A stretch of 64,000 nt of DNA from Azolla caroliniana (taxonomy: Eukaryota > Plantae > Polypodiophyta). Location of the stretch: NCBI GenBank assembly GCA_043228905.1, contig JBHGNT010000003.1, positions 6,634,001 through 6,698,000 on the forward strand. Reading direction: 5' to 3'. Both the position numbers and the translations under genes were made by a program. How positions within the stretch are numbered: the stretch's first letter is position 1; each line of letters opens with the position of its first letter. Shown piece after piece: positions 11,339-23,800 of the stretch. The notes beneath the pieces were generated by a model. It was not told where the DNA came from. It saw nothing but the letters and a program-made list of their open reading frames with translations, and did no database searches.

Positions 11339-14300
11339 GTAACTAATGATAGCTAGTAATGACTACAATTCTTGTAACTCGTTAAGTATCCACTAACAAA
11401 TAGCTAAGTGATTTTAGTTAACTAGATAAGTATTAAGTGATATACAATTCCAATAGTAATTAGACAAGTATTGACTATTAGTTAAGAGACAATTAGAATT
11501 CTAATAGCTAATGCTAACTAATAACTAAAAGATAAATTACAGCTAGCAAGCTTAGGTAACTAGATATCATTATTGCAATTAAACTGTCGCATAACTAATT
11601 GATCATATATTGATTAAGGGATATAAATGTCTAATAGTTAATTAACTCGACATTGATTAGTAGTTAAACGATGACAAGAAGTCAAATAGCTAATAATAAT
11701 TCCAACTATTTCATAATAACGCTAACATCTTAAAGTGAAGTAATAGTTATTGATGTTATGTAATTAGGTACAAGTGTAATAATTGATCTTGTGACCAACT
11801 AATTTTGACTAATACTCCATAAGTTAAAAGTGAATAAATTGCTAAATGACAATTTGATTATAGCTTAAAGAGAGCGAATTATCATAAAGAACTAGCTCAA
11901 AGATGAATAATTAAGTGATACTCTGAATATTAAGGTTTACATATAGAGTAAATGCATGAGATACGTCAAGAAGGTGAACAAGATGCTCCTTGCATAAATT
12001 CCTTCCTAATTGTTTCTCGCATAGATCCTTCTCATTCGGTGAATTCCATTCTTTGGTTAGTCCATAAGATGGTGGTTATTTCCTTCATCTTGGTTGCAAC
12101 ATGCGTCATTGACTTACATCTTGTGGTAAACCATAAGCCTTATTAGATTACTTCCTTCGTATGCTAAATTTAAGTAGTTCATTATATTATAGATGTTTTT
12201 TTCCTATGACACATATCATCTGAAATAGGACATTGATGTTCAGCTGTTCATTATCATTGTTAGACTAAGTTTTTATATTTGAAATCATGCTATCCTTTTT
12301 AATTAACTATTTATATGTTTCTTATGTGATTTTTATTGATTTATTAAGCTTGGAGGTTCCATTTGGTAACATTAGAATACTATTTCTTACTATAACATTT
12401 ACTACCTTAATTTTTTTTCCCACTAAAGAGATATGCCTTGGTATTATAAAATCATAAGAAATACAAAAGTTGTGTTGGATAAACAAGCATACCAACCGAC
12501 TCCATTGTACTCAAATAATAGCCGATTTGTTGTGTATATACAAGAACTACACATATTTGTACACCATATCTCCACATTTGAAAGCCATGTATAAAAATAT
12601 TATCATTTTCAGCTTTTAATGAGCTCATGCATTCTGACGAAACATTTACTACCTTAATTACTCAATATATGATTATCTTAAGACTTATTTATATGTCTAT
12701 AGTAAGTTTCTTAGGTTACTTACTAACACATCAATTACATTCTCATTTAAATCTCAATATTATAAAGATATTTATAGTGTGATAATTTAATATTCCGTTA
12801 AGTATTGCCTTCTTCTCATGATAGTCGGTTTGCTTGGTTAGGCTATTAAAATACTCCACGATCTTTCTCATTGTACTATTATTTTCATGTCTTTCATCTT
12901 CACTAATATCGTTATTACATTTAGGAGCAATTCCATTGTCTTTAATTGGGATGTCTAACATACCTTGAACATTTCTTAATGTTTGCTTTTTTTATTTGCC
13001 CTATATTTTCTTATAGCACGTTGTCTACATTATTCCTCAACTTGTATTCACAATTTGATTTGAGGTAGTAATTTCTCTTTATCAATGACACATTTGGATG
13101 CAAATTTTATTCATACATGATTTCCCAAATAGAAACAATGAACCATTATTCCCTATGATATGCTCATAAACACCTCTCATTAATTGCCAAGGTACAATTG
13201 TAAGTTCTTATCACCTTGTTTGTGGGAGAAAGCTTGACGTTAGAAGGCGTTTCTATGCATGTGTCAATATAATTAGTTAGTATCAGTCTCTAGAACCCAA
13301 ATTGTTTATGTGAAGGTTAAATAAAAATGTGAAAGTGAGTGGACTTTGCATTTTTCTAAAAGTGTCAAAACTTACACTTTATATTATTAACAATGAAGTG
13401 CACCGTTTCGCTAAAAATTTGCTCAAGAAAATGCAAAGTTGTTGTGTAGAAGCAAATTGTTGGAGTATATGACCATAAACTCATAACCATACGAGCTTTC
13501 ATATTGAATGGACATATCGGATCCATTTCTTAAGATTTGAACCTTTACCTCGTAAACATGACAATTCAAAGTTTTTAATATGTAGATAAGTGGATTGACG
13601 AACAATACTACGTTATATAAATTTGTACGGACATCTAAAGTTCGATGTATGTAAATGCTTTAACATTTTGTTTTCGAAAATGTTGTCCATGTTTCTAGCC
13701 TACATTTTAGGATAACTTGATTTTCTTAAATTATCACATCCATTATATCTAAAATCAATGGTTGCTAGTTATTCAATACTTTATCTAAAATGCAGACTTT
13801 TAATTGTTATAAACTTAATAAATATGTACCTATGTGTACATGTTGCAACTAGCATGTACATGCACAAGCATGCCAATAAACATGAGGGACTTGTGCCAGT
13901 TTTTTCTACTCATTACAAACACATATTCATGGTGAACAACCACAAGTTAGTACACCGTTAATAGAGGGGTGAACAAGCTCATATTGTCTGAGAATAAAGA
14001 TGATTTTATCACTATGCCCACGAGCTTGTATATAATGGAATAGTGTTTGCAAATAACTCAATGATCTTGAATTCTATGAAAGTATCCATTTTGTGTAATT
14101 GACATTCATTATTAGAAGCACTTTAGGAAGACCCAAAATGGCTAGGATAAATGTTGTCGAGCAATAATAGTTAGGGTAATATTGGCTAGTTATTGGCACT
14201 TAAATTGCTTTAGCACTATTTGATGTGATTCCCATGTGAATATGAAAAATTATTAACAACACTCAAGCAATACTTTGATCATGCTACAGTTGGACAATTT

Positions 14301-14962
14301 GATTGGTCTTGTGTTGGTTTATGCACAAATAATCGAAGTTTGAACCCAACACAAATTTATAGCAACATTTCAAGACAAACCTTCAAAGAAACGTTTTTTC
14401 CATGCTCTTTTCAAAGCACGACGAAAGCTTTGTTTCATTGTTGAAAACATGCAAAAATTCTTGTGTTCAAAGCAAATTTAGTACTCTTTCACTATAGCTC
14501 CTACATATATATTACAATAATGAGTGCTAGCATTTAAACATAACTTTTCTTGTGTCGTGAAGAATGTCAAATATCCATCATAGCGATGTTGGTTTGTAGC
14601 TTTTGTTGTATTGGGTAGACAAGAATAAGATTTGATGGGGCTCACCATCGCATTAAGAAGCATCATAAGTTTCTAACCATTGATGGAATATAGCTCAACT
14701 TACTTAGGACACTTTCGAATGCGCAATGATTTGAAACCATAAAAGAAGCGTTCCGAATGTTGCACGTGGGTATGGAGGACATGTTATGATTATGGTGAGG
14801 CCAAGAGAAATGCAATACGCTCCCATGAATCGAACGACAAGTCTTAGCAACGTTAGGAGGGCAACATTTCTCCCAAGAGTCGATTGTACTCCCGTCTCAT
14901 GGATCACAATCGGTCTTTCGGGATCATTAAAATTCTATCTATCTATTCCCAACTGTGCATAT

Positions 14963-15386
14963 GAATGTGATCTTCAAATAAGCAAACTTCATCATAGATA
15001 GAGAGTTTCATTACAACCACCACACATATGTCTGGATCAGGTGGTGACAATCATAGCCATGAATGAGGAGGCAATGGGGGGCTGAACTAGGCCTCATGGA
15101 CACGAATGTGATGTTCAAATAAGCAGATTTCATCACAAACCGAGTGTTTTGCTACAAACACCACACATATGTTCGGATGAGGTGGTCACAATCATAGCCA
15201 CGAATGAGGAGGCTTAACCACGCCCGAGGGACACGAATGTGATGTTCGAATAAGCCGATTTCATCCCAAACCAGAGTGTTTCGTTACGAACACTGTGACA
15301 CATATGTCTGGATCAGGTGGGCACAATTATAGCCACGAATAGAGGAGGCAAGTTCCAAAGGGGCTTAACAAAGGCCTCAGGGACAC
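14963..15386. repeat. three diverged tandem copies of a ~131-141 bp unit
   Basis: GAATGTGATSTTCRAATAAGC...CACATATGT..GGAT.AGGTGG..ACAAT.ATAGCCA.GAAT recurs at 14963, 15104 and 15235. Confidence 0.85.
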
Positions 15387-15754
15387 AACATACATCTTTC
15401 CTGGCCTGTAAATAGGTAAGCATCGGTTCACCTCAGTAGATTGTACCCACCCACCCCTATACAGATCATAAATCTTGATCCTGTAGATTTGTTCCGAATG
15501 TCTGCGAGGGAATCATGCGAGCGAACACGAATCTTGAGAGCCATCAGGACGCAAAGTCGTAAGAGACCAATGCATGTGCGGGGATCCATGATCCCAATTG
15601 GTTTGCTACCTTCCATCATCCCAATTGGTTCGTCTTCTCCGAAGTGCGAGGAGAAGTCCGAAGGCTCCATGATCCGAAGATTCCCCGCGGGAGATTCCGG
15701 TTGGCAGATTCCGGCGAGGCGAGGAGAGGTGGATCTCCAAAGCCAGAGACCTCA

Positions 15755-15756
<2 letters not shown>

Positions 15757-15788
<32 letters not shown>
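15757..15788. repeat. (CA)n microsatellite
   Basis: Directly visible. Confidence 0.95.
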
Positions 15789-15791
<3 letters not shown>

Positions 15792-15899
15792 CCTGCATAC
15801 AGACAGAGACAGAGACAGATACATACAGAGAATGTGTGCCCACATGGACATGGCTTAAAGTCTTTGCCATTATTCATTCATTGAGTGGAAAGCTGTTTG

Positions 15900-16136
15900 G
15901 CTCTCTACAGGCCACACAAATTCTTCAACGAAAAAAGGAAAGCGCAGAAAGAGAAGAGAAGAGGGAAGACAAAGAGGTAGAGAGCTAGACACATTCATTC
16001 ATTCACCCACCATTCCATCATCTGTCATATCTGTCTTTTTTATTCCATACCAATTCTTCTGAAGATCAAACATCTCCATCTCCATCTCCATCTCCATCTC
16101 CATCTCCATCCACTTCATCTTTTATTTATCTTCGAG
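15900..16136 (+). promoter_or_regulatory. probable non-coding first exon (5'UTR) of the ABC1K gene
   Basis: A GA-rich then CT-rich leader with (CTCCAT)n ends in donor GAG|GTATGC (16136/16137). A T-rich intron-like sequence follows, with acceptor TCTTCAG at 20871, 17 nt before the ATG. The 5' boundary is approximate. Confidence 0.6.
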
Positions 16137-17349
16137 GTATGCACGTTCTTCTTCTTTTTTACGCCTGTTTCTGCATTTGTCTCATGTATACATATTTGTG
16201 TCAGGGTTTTGAGGATCCGTTGATATTCCCATCCATTTCGGCATGAATCGGATATGTTTTTGAGCTCTTTCTTGATCAGATCTTGATGTAATGTAGCATA
16301 TTGACTGTCTTTGTTTTGATTTGACGCCTTTTTAGAAAGGGTCCCTAATGATAAATAGCAGGGTTTTATGTAGCTTGAGTTTGGAAGGGTTTTTTCTATA
16401 ATAAATATTAGGGTTTTATGTATTCTTGGAAATTGATTGATAATAGGGTTGTATCTCCGCTGAAGAGATTTTGAGATAGATAGTACAAATAGGTTTCGTT
16501 TGTTACATAATTAGGGTTTTAGATTTTCTCGTAAAGGTTTCTTGTGAGATCACTGACAGGGCTATCTCGATTGAAGGTTTTGTTAAGATAAACAGTATGA
16601 ATTTACCTTTCCATATAAGGATTTTCTTTTGTCAAATATTAGGGCTTCATGCCTTCGTGGAAATGTTTCTTACGATGGATAATAGGATTTTGCATGTCCT
16701 TCGAAATTTCTCCAGCCATATAAAGGGTTTCCCTAGAAATGTTTAAATTTGGCTTCTTTATGTCTTCTTATGATAACTTCATAGTGATATGTATAGAAGA
16801 CACTGTGTGGCTCTTTGTAAAGTAATTAAGGCAACCTCTGATTATTTGAATGTTCAGCATTCTTTTAGATTTTAAAACTCAGGCTTATACTACATGTACA
16901 CAATATTCATCAAAATTCAGTAAAATGTGGGTCAAAATTTTGAACATGTCGTTTGAAATATTACCAAGGGATCAAATCCTACAGAAAAATAAATTATGGA
17001 AGGACAACAGCCAATCAGTAATTTAGGTAGAAAACTCGTAAAATTAGCTTATTGCGAAAGAGCAATGCTATATATAATCTGAGTAAACAATATCAATTCA
17101 TCCCCCCCTTTTTCATAATTATATGTGCTGTTTGGGCAATTACATGGACAAAAACATGTTCACCATGATAGAATTCATAAACATTGACTATTTCTTTTAT
17201 GTGCGCTCAATCTTTCTTAGTGCTGGCTAATGTAAAACCCTTCTGAAACTCGGCATTCTGAGTATTTTTGTTTTCATCCAAAACCCACAGTCATTTAATG
17301 ATTTATAATGTGTTTGTCACTGAATTCCTGAGTGCGATGGTTGTGCAAA

Positions 17350-20300
17350 TTAAAAATCACATCTACTTCTTCTTTCTATGTGTTGCTCCTTTTTGCTCTA
17401 CAGCTCTCCCTTCATTTTATGTTATTGTTCGATCTATTCTCTTTAAGTTCTTATTTTAATCTTAATTTTTTAAGTGTTATCTTAACTTTGTTTTTAAGTA
17501 TCCCCCCTTTGTTAGTTTTAACCTTATTAAGTCTTAGTCTTAACTTTAACCTTTTTTTAAGTCTTAATCATATTTTTAACTCTCCTTTTTTTTAAGTTTT
17601 AATCTCAAACTTAACTATCCTTTCTTTAAATTTTTAATCTTAATCTTAACCCCCTGTCCTTTTAAGTTTTTAATCTTAACTTTACCTCCCCCCTTCTTTT
17701 AAGTTTTAATCTTAATCAACCCCCCCGCCCCCCTCTTAATCTTAACTCTCTCTAATTTTAATATTTTCTTTTAAGTCTTAATCCTAATCCCCTCTTTAAG
17801 TTTCATCTTAACCCACTAAAATCCTTTCAAATCCCACATCCCTATCCCTCGTTCTCCCTCTGTACACCACAACTTGGGTTTAGACACCTAAAAAGCGTCT
17901 AAGCACAAGTTCACCCCACAAAAACAATCCTTGATGAAATGCTGCACACTCTATGCCCTCTATGCCCTCTAAACCCTGAACCCCACAACTATAGTGTTTG
18001 CCACTCATCACCCACCCTCTACAATACTACAATAATATTGTTTATTATTAACCTATAAAAACCCAACATTAAACCCTAACCCTAACCCTAAACATATAAC
18101 CTCAAATAACTCACTGTCACAAACACACAAATCGTTTCCCCAATCTTTCCCTACTCTCCCCACCTCCCTTCTCTTCTTCGCCTTTTCATCTTTATTTTTA
18201 TTTTTTATTGTTCCACTCTCCTTTCCTCTTTACTCATCTACCATTTTTGCTTTTCCCCTCGTTCTTTTATTGTCTCTCATTCCTCATTTCCTACTACCTA
18301 CATTACCTCGATGATGTCAAATATTCCAAAATGAGGCTCCATGGAATAGATGACGCACAACCAACATCGACATGCTCACCTCGGACCCACCAACGGATAC
18401 TACAAGCAGGGACACCCCCTCTCTATGTAGGACGACCTATCTGTGCCTGCAACAACTATGTCTTCGAACAAGCCTCCAAATGGCTACACCAGCTACTACA
18501 TCCCATCCTCCAATCCAAAAAACAACACCTTAAGGATTCACTAACACTTGTTGTTAAAGAATTATCACATCAAACGGTTGGAGATAGGTGTCTACTTGGG
18601 TTTTGAATTTCTTTTTAACTTCTTCTATTAGTGTGTTTACCGTTTTTTCTTTATCCATAGTCATGGGTTTGGATATGATGGCTTCTCTAGCGGTTTTGTT
18701 TGCTTATTTGGTTTTGACTTCTACGGAGATTTGAATACTAAATTCTAGGGTTGTTTTTTCTAGGTCATTGTTAAACTTGGTGAATGTTTCGTTTTCCCAG
18801 TGAAGGACTTTGTCTTCCCACTATTGTTGTGTAGCTAGGTTGTGTAGGGGAATGTCCAAGAGCATTGATGATATGTCTTGAAGTCTTTTCTCTACCATAT
18901 TTGGGAAGATGTTGATAGTTTCAATAAAGCTTGATGCTAAGGAGTTTTGCGCTTCAATTAAGGCTAGGGTACACTTTTGTCTATACTCTATGGTGACATC
19001 ATTAAGTTTCTGGTTGAGGATATTTTGTGCTTTTTCGTTATTAATGGTTACACCAGGGGGGTTTGTACGTAGGGAGTAAGGGATGTGATTTTCTTTAAGG
19101 TTGGCTCCATATTTATGGAGTACCTCTTAGGCTCTATAATGTTTTCCTAAAAGCTCCCTATATTCTAGAATGGAGCCTTGGCGGATGATGTCAAAGTTGG
19201 GAGGGGGGGGGGGGGGGGATGGGAAGGTTTTCTAGGGGTTTTGGATTTCGGGAACAAGGTTTGGGGTTTCCATTCTACCTTTACCCTTGTATTGGATGTG
19301 GAGGTAGTGCATGAGTGGTGGTTGCATGATGGCGGGGTGTTGTGCTTAGCGGGTGGGTTAGGTTCTAATGGATGGTTTATGGCACAAGGATCTTTAGATG
19401 TGGTTTCTAAGGACGGGGGACCAAATACTAGAAATAATTTTTTGAAGAAAGTGAGTTTCCTTGTGTAGGGGAGTGCGGTGGTGAAGTCGTAGATCCCACT
19501 TCTTCTAGGTTCTCTAGGATCATAACGCAGAAAGACATGGGGGGTGTAGGGAGGTGGTTCTGTAGGTTGCCATTAGTGTTTCTTGGCGCTAAGAGTTCTT
19601 TTCTGGGTGATATCGTCCTAGTGGGCTTGGGGGAAGTTTTTGGGGTGAAGAAGTGATGTGTGTGGTGGTTTCACTACCTATGCATATATTTAATATGACG
19701 AGAACCATTAACATTATTATTAACATCTTTACAAGAGAGAGAGGGGAGAAAGGGGGCGTCCCTGTTTGTAGTAGCTGGGTGGGTTGGAGGTGAGCGTGTC
19801 GGTGTTGGTTGTATGTCGTGTATTCTGCGTCTTGGAGCCTCCTTTCGGAATATTTGACGTCATCGAGGTAATGTAGGTAGTAGGAAATGAGGAAGGAGAG
19901 ACAAAAAAAGAGTGAGGGGGAAAGCAAAAATGGTAGACGAGTAAAGAGGAAGGGAGAGAGGAACGATAGAATTAGAAGAAGAGGAAAAGGTGAAGAAGAG
20001 AAGGGAAGAGGGGAGAATAGGCAAAGATTGGGGAAGCAGTTTGTTTGTTTGTGAGAGTGAGTTATTTGAGGTTATATGTTTAGGGTTAGGGTTTAATGTT
20101 GGGTTTTTATAGGTTAATAGTAAACAATAGTATTGTAGAGGGTGGGTGACGAGTGGCAAACACTATAGTTTTGGGGTTTAGGGTTTAGAGGGTGTAGAGT
20201 GTGTGGCACTTCATCAAGGATTGTTTTTGTAGGGTGGACTTGTGTTTAGACGCTTTTTAGGTGTCTAAACCCAAGTTGTGGTGTACAGAGGGAGAACGAG

Positions 20301-20712
20301 GGATAGGGATGTGGGATTTGAAAGGATTTAAGGGGGTTAAGATGAAACTTAAAGAGAGGATTAAGATTAACACTTAAAAGAAAAGATTAAAATTAGAGAG
20401 GAGTTAAGATTAAGAGGGGGGGTTTGATTAAGATTAAAAACTTAAAAGGAAGGGGGGTTAAGATTAAGATTAAGACTTAGAAAAAGGTTAAAGTTAAGAT
20501 TAAAATTTAATAAGATTAAAACTAAAAAAAAGGGGGGGATACTTAAAAACAACGTTAAGATAACACTTAAAAAATTAAGATTAAAATAAAGGCTTATAAG
20601 AAATTAAGATTAGAACTTAATGAGAATAGATCGAACAATAACATAAAATGAAGGAGAGATGTAGAGCAAGAAAGAGCAACGCATAGAAAGAAAAAGTATA
20701 TGTGATTTTTAA
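17350..20712. mobile_element. Penelope-like retroelement remnant, two copies in inverted (tail-to-tail) orientation
   Basis: 17350-18420 is the diverged reverse complement of 19751-20712. 18421-18575 encodes LYVGRPICACNNYVFEQASKWLHQLLHPILQSKKQHLKDSLTLV, fitting the Penelope RT pattern GRPIxS...SxWLxxxLxP...hKDS. Strand skew flips from C/A-rich to G/T-rich at ~18575. Confidence 0.75.
18421..18575 (+). pseudogene. Penelope-type reverse transcriptase fragment (fingers region)
   Basis: Part of ORF 18208-18606. Motif recognised by eye; no catalytic YxDD motif is present. Confidence 0.7.
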
Positions 20713-20888
20713 ATGTGCTAGATATGATTGATATGGTATATGTACTTGCAGCTAAATCTTGTAATGTAAGATATACATGTTTAGTTTTCTCCACATGTTC
20801 TCTTGATGTAGAGACAGTTTTCTTTTTTGGTTCTAAATAATCGGAAGCATTGTTTTGAATTCTGTCTTCAGGCACAATTTCTTCTAAA

Positions 20889-23800
20889 ATGGGATGGGGC
20901 TATGGTGTGAAACGGCAGTTGAAGATTTTTACTTTAACAATGACAATCTACTTGGATTATAAAGTAAGAATCTATCCTTCACTCAATCTAATACATGTGT
21001 ATGGATTCATGTGAGATTGTCCCCTTGTTTTAGGTGATATTGAAGTTTTAAGTAAACGGGGTCATGTATCCTTCAGTCCAATCTAATGGATATGTATCAA
21101 TCCATGTGAGATTTACCTCTTGAAGTTTAAGTGAATGGGATCATGTATCCTTTACTCAAATCTAATACATATGTATCCATCCATATGAGATTTTCCTCTT
21201 CTTTTAGGTGATATTTAAGTTTAAGTGAACGTGGTAATATATACATTTTCTCTCTTTGACTAAGTCCAACAAAAAAATTTGCTTTATATATACATCATGT
21301 GTATGTATTGATACACACATGTATGTTTTTGTTGTGTACTTGAATTGGTGTTTTTGTGATATGTGCAGACAGTTCAGCGCAAAGCAAAATGGTTAACAAA
21401 AGACAAAAGAGAGAACATATGGCAGAATACACATGAACGTAATGCAAAACGTCTTCTAAGAGCAATACTTGAGCTGGAAGGACTCTGGGTAAAGTTGGGT
21501 CAATATCTATCTACCCGTGCAGACGTCCTTCCTGAGCCTTATATTATCTGCCTTAAGCAGCTCCAGGATTCTCTTCCTCCACGTCCTTTTGAAGAGGTAT
21601 GTGTGTGTGTGTTTACGTTTTGTGGTATACCCTTTTACTTTAATAGGGGATTGTGGAGAGTGCTGATTTCCCATTCCCTTGTGTCTCTATGCATGGAGCT
21701 AGGTTTGTGACACTATTGAGAGTGAACTTGGCAAGACATTAAAAGAATTGTTCAAGGAATTTGATCATGTACCGTTAGCAACAGCATCGGTAAGTGTATA
21801 AATGGAGTTTCCCAGGTAGATACTTTAATGGATGCATTTCAAACTGTGAAATTATGTTTTCGCAGGAAATAATTCCTGGATGTTTATACTGCTTTCCTCT
21901 AATTTTATTTGGTTATGTATGAAACAGATTTCTCAAGTTCACCGTGCAGAGACAGCTGATGGAGTTGACGTGGTTGTTAAGGTTCAGCATAAAGGCATCA
22001 AGGATGTGATCTTGCAGGTCTAATATAAACAAAGTTACTGCGATTTTTCTAATGTCCAGATCTTCAAGTCAAATTCCTTTTAACAGTTATGTTGTCTATA
22101 GGACCTGAAGAATGCTAAACTTATAGTGACTTGGATAGCTTGGGCTGAACCCCAGTTCAATTTTGGACCTGTCATCAATGAATGGTGTGCTGAAGTGCCA
22201 AAAGAGCTCGATTTTGTCTCGGAAGCTGGTATTTCCCAGTTTTGTCATGATTTGTTGTTTCTTTTTAAGAATGTGAGATGAGTTGCCTGATTAGTGGAAA
22301 AGTTTACTATCTGATATTTAATTTTGCACTCTTCATTTCTTCAGTTGAATTGTTTTATCTTACAAACAATTCTACCTGATTCTCAAAGTGCTTGGATACG
22401 GTGTGCATTTCAATTGTGCATGCATTATTGGTCAATCAAGGTAGACTTTCGACGTTTATAGTACATGGCTGGAACTTGATCTATGGCTTCAGAGGGGGAT
22501 GTTGATGATCCAAAGACCGTTTTATAGGATCAGGGGTATTAATTGCATTGGTTAGGCATATTCACATGGTGTAGGTTAGGGCGTTTGATTCAGGAAAGAA
22601 AGCAGGAGTTTTCTGGTGTACCAAGAATATGGTTATTAGTATTAGGAATCAGCAACGGTTCGGTTTTGGCTTAACTGATTTGGCCTTGTCCAAACCAAAC
22701 CGATTAAGCCTTAACTGGTTTGGGAACCAGTTTGGCCCTAACTGGTGTGATTTGGCTTCAGCCTTGCCAAACCAAGCTCAAACTGGTTAAGAAATCTCAA
22801 GGCTGAACCACCAAACCGTTTAAAAACAGTAACGGTTCGGTTCAGGCTTTAGTCAAGTTGTTACTGACTCCTAGTTATTACTGTTACTAGGGGATGACTA
22901 GCTTTAGGGACTCTCAGAGGATTTTGCGTCTTTATGTTAAAGAAGAAAGCTATTCAAGTGCCTACTATCTGGGTGATTAAATGCCACTTCCATTTTAGCT
23001 ATAAGTTTGAAATAAGTTCCACATTGCTAAATGTACCTCTGGGCTTGTGTGAAGGAGCCATTAGGTGAAACCATTTTCAAATGTAAACCAGATTCCACTG
23101 GTGGTTAAGATTGACTACAAATCCATTCATATATGTTTGATTCCCACTCACCACCCCCGAGGTGTTATGATCTTGGCTTTCCCAATTGGTAGTTTAAATA
23201 GGTGGCACTGCTGATTTGTTGACATGAATGCATATATTTTTAACTTCAAAGTCAATTCATGCAGAAAATACTCGTAGAGTAGCAACAAACCTACATCATG
23301 CCAAAAAAGATGATGATAATATATTGACGAAGCGAGTTGATGTCCTGATTCCTGAGGTTATTCAGGTTCTGATTTACAACTATTCTGATTTCAGGGTAAA
23401 CTATGCTTTTATTTCATTATTTGTTGATATAAAACATATTTCATTTCCGAATTAAGTCTACAGAAAAGGTTATTATATTGGAATACATGGATGGAGTTCG
23501 TCTAAGTGATATAGAGGCCTTGGATGAGCTTGGTGTTGACAAACAAGCCTTAGTGGAGACTATTACTCGCTCCTATGCACATCAAATCTATATTGATGGG
23601 TTTTTTAATGGGGATCCACACCCAGGTGTTCATTGAAATTTTGGGAATTTGTAGAACCATTCAATTTCTGAGTTTTTTTCTTTTTTTTGACAAGACTTTG
23701 TTTACTTGTAGGAAACTTCCTTGTGAGCAAGAGGCCACCATTCCAGCCAATTTTGTTAGATTTTGGTTTAACGAAGGACTTATCAACCACAATGAAGCAG

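Noticed and set aside
12200-14900. AT-rich stretch with short ORF fragments, possibly a decayed DNA transposon
   Set aside because: No recognisable motif, termini or TSD could be established by eye.
17831-18010. Possible telomerase RNA gene (USE-like ATCCCACATCC at 17831 plus CTAAACCCTGAACC)
   Set aside because: There is no TATA box at Pol III spacing and no G-rich 5' end or G-rich strands for P1/pseudoknot pairing. It also sits in both arms of a repeat. Kept only as a template-like motif within the PLE.
19841-19868. Hammerhead ribozyme-like core (CTCGATGA...CGAAA on minus strand; counterpart ~18307-18335)
   Set aside because: The core is not CTGANGA, and stems I and II and the NUH site cannot be built. 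It could be a decayed relic, but this copy does not support it.
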